From positions 8,557-72,556 of the forward strand of contig JALHPE010000004.1 in assembly GCA_022842645.1 (NCBI GenBank): a stretch of 64,000 bases of DNA. The letters are read 5' to 3'. Shown one piece after another: positions 59,161 to 64,000 of this stretch. Source of the stretch: Minisyncoccota bacterium. Lineage in GTDB: Bacteria > Patescibacteriota > Minisyncoccia > Phycocordibacterales > UBA2100. Within the stretch, counting starts at the first letter, position 1; each line of letters opens with the position of its first letter. Made by a program: the position numbers and the translations under genes. Under the pieces are notes generated by a model. It was not told the DNA's origin and did not search any database. It saw nothing but the letters and a program-made list of their open reading frames with translations.

Positions 59161-59367
59161 ATGATTGCCGTCGCGCACTTGGCCATCGCTTGCATTATCG
59201 CATTTCTCGTAGCGCATGTGATGGAGCACATCTCCATCACCCACTTCAACATGCCTGCAGCGGATCCGACGAAGCTGTCAGCGACCGATGTCGCCCTCTT
59301 CACGTTCGCGGGCGCAGCACTCTTTATCTTCGGCATCCTTCGTCTGTTCTCTGACGACAAGCGCTGA
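59161..59367 (+). CDS. small 2-TM membrane protein (68 aa), hypothetical
   Basis: GGAGGA RBS 9 nt upstream. A terminator hairpin follows (59376-59412). Confidence 0.45.
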   Translation: MIAVAHLAIACIIAFLVAHVMEHISITHFNMPAADPTKLSATDVALFTFAGAALFIFGILRLFSDDKR

Positions 59368-59375
59368 AGCGTAGC

Positions 59376-59412
59376 GACCTCATCCATCTTCTTTTAGGGT
59401 GAGGTCGTTTGT
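59376..59412 (+). terminator. rho-independent terminator (CGACCTCA...TGAGGTCG + TTTGTTTT)
   Basis: Directly after the 59367 stop. Confidence 0.55.
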
Positions 59413-59528
59413 TTTCCACACTTTTTCCACATCCTATCCACAACTCTTACGCCACAACACAAAAACTACACCTATCGTAAATGCTACCGTTGGTATAGGT
59501 TCTTTGAAACCTAAGCAACGCATAGGAG

Positions 59529-60470
59529 ATGCGCGTGAATACCGTAGTAGAATTAAAAAGTCCTGAACGCTCTCCAATAGTTCCCGCACAGGATATTGGT
59601 GAAGCAGTTCACAACATGCTTGAGCGCGGTTGGACCCGCCTGGAGTACCCTTCTATCTCGCGTCGTTTCGAACAACTCGTGTCGTCGTTCATTGCCATGA
59701 TCGGCGACGAAATGCGGGATCAGTATGTGATCACCGACACGCGAGAGCTCGACACCGATGGTGAACCTGACCTCGGGCTTATTTTCAAAGCAAAAGGTCA
59801 GGTGAAGCCGCGGCCACGCCCAGACGAAATCGCCGAGGGTCGGCTTCGGTATGACAGCACGAAAGCAGTGCATCACTACAACCCGCGTCTCTTGGCATAC
59901 CTCGGCCGCACGCCGGGAGTTCTCGAGAAACACGCTGAGTTTTTCCTCGAGAGTGCTCGCTTGCATGCCTCGACCGTTCTTCTCGTCATTGAATTGGCGG
60001 AAGAAATGGATCGACGTATGCCCGGGTATGGTTTCGCAGACCGAGTGCGCATGATGGAGTGGGAACATAAATCCCGTCTTCTTCACTACGAATGCGACGG
60101 CCCGACGCAAGAGATTGCAACACGACATCGCGACAAATGCTTCATCACGCCACATGCTCGATCAAGCCGCGGCGGTTTGTGGCTCGTCGATAATCGTGAC
60201 ACGATCGTGCCGGACGCCGAAGAAACGCGCGCAAATTCTGTACTGCTTTTCTTCAGTCGCCAGGCGTGGGAAATCACGCGCGGCAAACTGAAAGGCATCG
60301 TGCATGGCGTGAAAGACACCACGTTCAACGACCTTGTCGGGAGAACGCCCCGTCAAACGCTCGTGTCGTTCGTAAAGGCGCACACGACCGAAGAAGATCG
60401 TGCGTGGGCAAAAGACAACATGTCGCAGCTCAATATCCCTGCGCATGTCGATCGTTTTGCGAATACATAA
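59529..60470 (+). CDS. hypothetical protein (313 aa)
   Basis: No family was recognised from sequence. It is followed by the terminator GGGAGCCTTGCGGCTCCC + TTTTTC at 60479-60504. Confidence 0.4.
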   Translation: MRVNTVVELKSPERSPIVPAQDIGEAVHNMLERGWTRLEYPSISRRFEQLVSSFIAMIGDEMRDQYVITDTRELDTDGEPDLGLIFKAKGQVKPRPRPDEIAEGRLRYDSTKAVHHYNPRLLAYLGRTPGVLEKHAEFFLESARLHASTVLLVIELAEEMDRRMPGYGFADRVRMMEWEHKSRLLHYECDGPTQEIATRHRDKCFITPHARSSRGGLWLVDNRDTIVPDAEETRANSVLLFFSRQAWEITRGKLKGIVHGVKDTTFNDLVGRTPRQTLVSFVKAHTTEEDRAWAKDNMSQLNIPAHVDRFANT

Positions 60471-60478
60471 AACTAGAC

Positions 60479-60504
60479 GGGAGCCTTGCGGCTCCCGTTT
60501 TTCA
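60479..60504 (+). terminator. rho-independent terminator
   Basis: GGGAGCC-ttgc-GGCTCCC followed by GTTTTTC. Confidence 0.55.
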
Positions 60505-60595
60505 TTCAAGAGAAAGACTGCGCTACACATAAAGTGTTTGCGCAAACGTTGCAATAACTGAGATACTTACCACAGTCAATAGAGGAGAAACAACG

Positions 60596-61243
60596 ATGCG
60601 TACTAAACGCGCGAAAGAGCTCTCCGATCTCATCGAGTTCGTCGAGTTTACCAATCTATTTCGGAAAGTGGAACGCCTAATCTGGTTTAAGGGTGTCGAG
60701 GGTCGTGAGAGAGTTGGTGAACATTCGTTCCAGCTTGCACTCGTATGCTGGTTCGTGAATGAACGATGCGAGCTCGGTCTTAACACAGGGCTTATGATTG
60801 AATATCCGATCGTGCACGATATTTTCGAGACGTATGCGGAAGACACTCCTGCGTTCGGTACACATTATGAAAATGGCGAACCTATCCCGCAACGAAGTGA
60901 CAAAGCTGCACGAGAAAAAGCAGCTGAGCGTCGAATTATTCGTGAATGGGGTGAAAAATTCCCCCCCCCCCTCATCAATCGAATGACCCGTTATGCACGC
61001 CAAGAAGACGAAGAGAGCCGTTTTGTATATGCGATGGATAAAGTACTCGCACTATTGAACGTATACACTGACGGCGGCAGGAGTTGGCACATGCTCGATG
61101 TAACTATTGAGACCATGGATCTCTACAAACGTCCCCGGGTCGCGGCACATGCGTTCGTAAAAGAGCTATACGAAGAGCTTTTTAAGATCTTGTCGCGGGA
61201 ACAAAAGAAATTGTTTGCACCCTCCAAGGAGCCGATCTCATGA
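60596..61243 (+). CDS. HD-domain phosphohydrolase (YfbR-like 5'-deoxynucleotidase family)
   Basis: The H...HD metal motif is GEHSFQLALVCW...VHDIFETYAEDTP. The gene contains an 11-nt poly-C tract at ~60962-60972 (FPPPL). Confidence 0.6.
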   Translation: MRTKRAKELSDLIEFVEFTNLFRKVERLIWFKGVEGRERVGEHSFQLALVCWFVNERCELGLNTGLMIEYPIVHDIFETYAEDTPAFGTHYENGEPIPQRSDKAAREKAAERRIIREWGEKFPPPLINRMTRYARQEDEESRFVYAMDKVLALLNVYTDGGRSWHMLDVTIETMDLYKRPRVAAHAFVKELYEELFKILSREQKKLFAPSKEPIS

Positions 61244-61250
61244 TCGGCTC

Positions 61251-62012
61251 CTACTTTTTTGTAAGCTCAAACAGATTCTTAAAAATCATGGCGACCGCAA
61301 TCGGGCCTACTCCCCCAGGCACCGGAGTAAAAATAGATGCTTTTTCGGCACATACAGGATCTGCATCCCCTGCCACTTTTCCATTGCTCTCACTCGTTCC
61401 CGCATCGATTAACACAACACCGTCTTTGATATGTTCTGGCCTTACCAATCCCGGCTCACCGGCACCGAGAACAACGACGTCTGCATCTTTCAAAGATTCG
61501 AGCGAGTCTCCTTTCCCCAGCACCTGCACTTCTGCACCAAGCTCTCGCAGAAGTTGCGTGCACGGCGCACCCACAAGCCGCCCTGAACCCACAACAATAG
61601 CCTTCCGGCCGCGCGTCGCCACTAATTCGCACATGATAATTTCCTCTACCGCAGCGGCAACTGGCGGACGCACGCGCGCCTGGGGCGAAATGCCATCCAC
61701 GTCTTTGTGGGGAGGAATCTCCGCAAGTAACGCATCCGTATCAATTCTCTCTGGGAGAGGTAGTTGCACGATCACGCCATCTGTTCGCTGCGCAAGCTCG
61801 CGCACAGTAGCGCAAGCAACATCAGTTGTTGCATCCAGTGGAAGCTCGGCGCGCACGAGCGTGACACCAAGTCGCTCTGCCGCTTTTGCTTTAATGCGCA
61901 CAAAAGAATCCGTGACGGGGCTCCCACCCGCAAGAAAAACACCGAGCGAAAGGGGTCGCGGCGTAAGCGACACATAGACACTCTCAGCAATTTTTCTTCC
62001 ATCGATAATCAT
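61251..62012 (-). CDS. folD: bifunctional methylene-THF dehydrogenase/methenyl-THF cyclohydrolase FolD (short form)
   Basis: 253 aa with MIIDGRKIAESV...FVRIKAKAAERLG and a C-terminal NAD(P)-binding GxGxxVG region. Confidence 0.82.
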   Translation of the reverse strand: MIIDGRKIAESVYVSLTPRPLSLGVFLAGGSPVTDSFVRIKAKAAERLGVTLVRAELPLDATTDVACATVRELAQRTDGVIVQLPLPERIDTDALLAEIPPHKDVDGISPQARVRPPVAAAVEEIIMCELVATRGRKAIVVGSGRLVGAPCTQLLRELGAEVQVLGKGDSLESLKDADVVVLGAGEPGLVRPEHIKDGVVLIDAGTSESNGKVAGDADPVCAEKASIFTPVPGGVGPIAVAMIFKNLFELTKK

Positions 62013-62033
62013 AAAGGTAAGACACGCCGCGTC

Positions 62034-62939
62034 TTAAATGCCCCACTCCGTCTTAAGTGCGGCGATACCTTCTTCAAGCATACGTGAGGGCTCCCACTCA
62101 AGAAGCTCGTGTGCTTTCCGATTGTCAGCCTGGGCGCGCCCTGGTTCGACGCGCGCCTCGACATGCGTCACCTCGCCACCAATAAGGCTCGCAAGCGCAT
62201 TTACATCAGTCTCGCGTCCGGTGCCGATATTAATCGCTTCTCCCTTCCCCACTTTCTGAGAAGTGGCCGCGAGAAGATTCGCGCGCGCGACATCACTCAC
62301 ATGTACATAATCGCGGGTGTTCGTGCCATCTCCCCAAATCTCGATCATTTCCCCCTCTTTGCGGAGTCGCAAAAACTTCCCAATCGCAAGCGCGTACGCG
62401 CCGTTCGGATCAAGGCGTGGACCATACACATTGAAATAGCGGAGCGCCACCGTTTCCAGTCCGTAGAGCTCGCTCCAGAGTTTACAGGTGTTTTCCCCAA
62501 TCGCCTTATGCAAGGCATAGGGACTCTTGGGAGCAAGCGGCATATCTTCAGAAAGGGGCATGGTCGGTTGGTCGCCATACACAGCAGCAGATGACGAGAA
62601 TACAAAGCGACGCACGCCTGCGTCGCTTGCCGCTTTAAGCAGATTCACTGTTCCATCCACATTGACGCTAAATGTTTCAATCGGATTCTCAATCGAATAC
62701 TGCACACGCGGAAGCGCCGCAAGGTGAAAGACACACTGAGCACCCTGTACGAGCGGCACGAGCGCTTCGAATGAACGAATATCCACTTCATGATAGGTCG
62801 CACGCGAGTTGATGCGATTCTCAAAACGACCAGAACAAAACGTGTCTACCACGTGCACGTCGTCACCGCGCTCAACGAGCGCATCCACAATATGAGATCC
62901 AATAAACCCACCGCCGCCGGTTACCAACATCTTAGCCAT
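62034..62939 (-). CDS. NAD-dependent sugar epimerase (GalE/UDP-GlcA-4-epimerase-like SDR)
   Basis: 301 aa with VTGGGGFIGSHIV and YxxxK. Confidence 0.78.
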   Translation of the reverse strand: MAKMLVTGGGGFIGSHIVDALVERGDDVHVVDTFCSGRFENRINSRATYHEVDIRSFEALVPLVQGAQCVFHLAALPRVQYSIENPIETFSVNVDGTVNLLKAASDAGVRRFVFSSSAAVYGDQPTMPLSEDMPLAPKSPYALHKAIGENTCKLWSELYGLETVALRYFNVYGPRLDPNGAYALAIGKFLRLRKEGEMIEIWGDGTNTRDYVHVSDVARANLLAATSQKVGKGEAINIGTGRETDVNALASLIGGEVTHVEARVEPGRAQADNRKAHELLEWEPSRMLEEGIAALKTEWGI

Positions 62940-62948
62940 ATGCTGATA

Positions 62949-63983
62949 CTACGACCCACGCGCCGTAAGCACAATACGAATAGTCTGCAGAATGATGTAG
63001 AGATCAAGAAGAAGCGAACGGTGGAAAAAGTAGTAGAGATCGTAGGAAAGCTTTTCTTTTGTCGCCGCGACGTCCGTCCCGTGGTGCGGATGGCGGTCAT
63101 GATAGATCTGCGCCCAGCCAGTGAGTCCTGGCGTCACAAGATACCGCGCGTTGTAATACGGAATGCGGGCGTTGTAGTGCTCGGCAAGCGTCGGAAATTC
63201 AGGACGCGGCCCTACCAAGGAGAGTTCCCCCCGAAATACGTTCCAAATTTGCGGAAGCTCATCGAGCCGAAGTGCCCGAAGCACTTTACCGACGCGTGTC
63301 ACCGTCAATTCTGTTTTACCTTTTTCACCATATTCTCCGCTGTCATTCCCCGTCATTGATCGAAACTTAATGACCGTAATCGGCCTTTGAAACCGACCAA
63401 CGCGTTTTTGAGTAATGAAAATGTCCCCACCATCATCCATCTTGATCGCGAGCATAATAAACGGATACAAAAGCAACGAAAGCACACCACCCACGACTGA
63501 GGCACCAATATCAATCACTCGCTTCAATACATCGTATGCAGGAGAAGTGCTTGAATTTCCTAAAACCCATTCGTAGCGAACCAAAGAGAGCGGTACGCGA
63601 TCAAATACTTCCTGGTACATATCCATCACATTCACCATGACAAATCGTTGCTTTTGAAATGCGGCATCATAGAGAATCGGAAGTGCAGTTTGGATTGCAG
63701 TGTCTGAAACATCAACCACCAAAAACGCAATGTGGTCGTCTTCTGCGATGCGACATGCATGCTGAATAATTTCATGCGATGGTGTCTGGGCAGTATCAAT
63801 CACATATTCAAACGAAAATGGATAGCGCGCATCAGAGGCAATCTCTTCGGCGAGTGCTTTCGCATCGGACCCCGTTGCAAGGAGTACTCCTTTGAGGCGT
63901 TTACCGTTTCTAATGTACGGGAATACTAATACGCGCCAGGTAAAAATAAGGAGTGAGGAAACCGCGAGATAGATAATGAGCAC
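62949..63983 (-). CDS. polyprenyl-phosphate sugar phosphotransferase (bacterial sugar transferase, WbaP/WcaJ/PglC-like priming enzyme)
   Basis: The C-terminal domain has DIFITQKRVG...KFRSM...LDELPQIWNVFRGELSLVGPRPE. An N-terminal TM helix is present. Confidence 0.85.
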   Translation of the reverse strand: MLIIYLAVSSLLIFTWRVLVFPYIRNGKRLKGVLLATGSDAKALAEEIASDARYPFSFEYVIDTAQTPSHEIIQHACRIAEDDHIAFLVVDVSDTAIQTALPILYDAAFQKQRFVMVNVMDMYQEVFDRVPLSLVRYEWVLGNSSTSPAYDVLKRVIDIGASVVGGVLSLLLYPFIMLAIKMDDGGDIFITQKRVGRFQRPITVIKFRSMTGNDSGEYGEKGKTELTVTRVGKVLRALRLDELPQIWNVFRGELSLVGPRPEFPTLAEHYNARIPYYNARYLVTPGLTGWAQIYHDRHPHHGTDVAATKEKLSYDLYYFFHRSLLLDLYIILQTIRIVLTARGS

Positions 63984-64000
63984 CGTTTTCGGCGCGATTC

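Noticed and set aside
1-64000. CRISPR arrays, reverse transcriptase, integrase/transposase, toxin-antitoxin pairs
   Set aside because: I scanned for regularly spaced direct repeats, YxDD RT motifs, DDE or tyrosine-recombinase signatures, and small adjacent ORF pairs. None were found in this window.

Overview
The window is mostly minus-strand coding sequence from a compact bacterial genome, possibly Patescibacteria/CPR-like (a lamin-tail-domain protein, an intron-bearing 16S gene and unlinked rRNA components point that way). It has four parts.

- 1-34.3 kb: a large surface-glycan locus.
  - It starts with a nonulosonic (sialic-like) acid module: NeuA, a KdsC-like phosphatase, and a NeuB fused to a TIM barrel.
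  - A Wzx-like flippase follows.
  - The locus contains about seven GT4 glycosyltransferases, one GT2, one GT-C (ArnT/PMT-like), a YfhO-like protein, a GT47/exostosin-like protein and two GtrA-family proteins; one GtrA is frameshifted.
  - Six NAD-dependent SDR epimerase/dehydratases and a UXS-like decarboxylase are present.
  - So is a truncated UDP-sugar dehydrogenase.
  - The methyltransferases are striking: four class-I SAM methyltransferases, a TylF-like O-methyltransferase and a TylCIII-like C-methyltransferase.
  - A priming polyprenyl-phosphate sugar transferase sits at the 3' edge of the window (62.9-64.0 kb).
- 34.3-43.2 kb: a mixed module.
  - It holds a HAD hydrolase, two NUDIX hydrolases, a 2H phosphoesterase and an SDR fused to a GT-like domain.
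  - It also holds a secreted lamin-tail-domain protein, a HerA/DUF87-type ATPase with a long Pro/Arg/Glu-rich tail and a GHL-type TIM-barrel protein.
  - RsmI is here too.
- 43-52 kb: housekeeping genes (murC, murD, murI, murA, an aminotransferase, a tandem cold-shock-domain protein, tRNA-Leu, tRNA-Ile).
- 52-62 kb:
  - small membrane proteins.
  - a 16S rRNA gene carrying a ~0.4 kb insertion, preceded by a consensus sigma70 promoter.
  - secD/secF, an HD hydrolase and folD.

The most unusual signal is a DGR-like template-repeat/variable-repeat pair between murC and murD.

- A ~130 bp non-coding cassette (~44407-44537) is about 97% identical to the last ~43 codons of the gene at 44889-45554.
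- Three of the four internal mismatches are A (cassette) to G (gene) at the first base of AAC/AAT Asn codons.
- A perfect 11-bp GC hairpin lies downstream of the variable end.
- No reverse transcriptase gene is present in this window.

Coordinates of non-ORF features are approximate (±2 nt).
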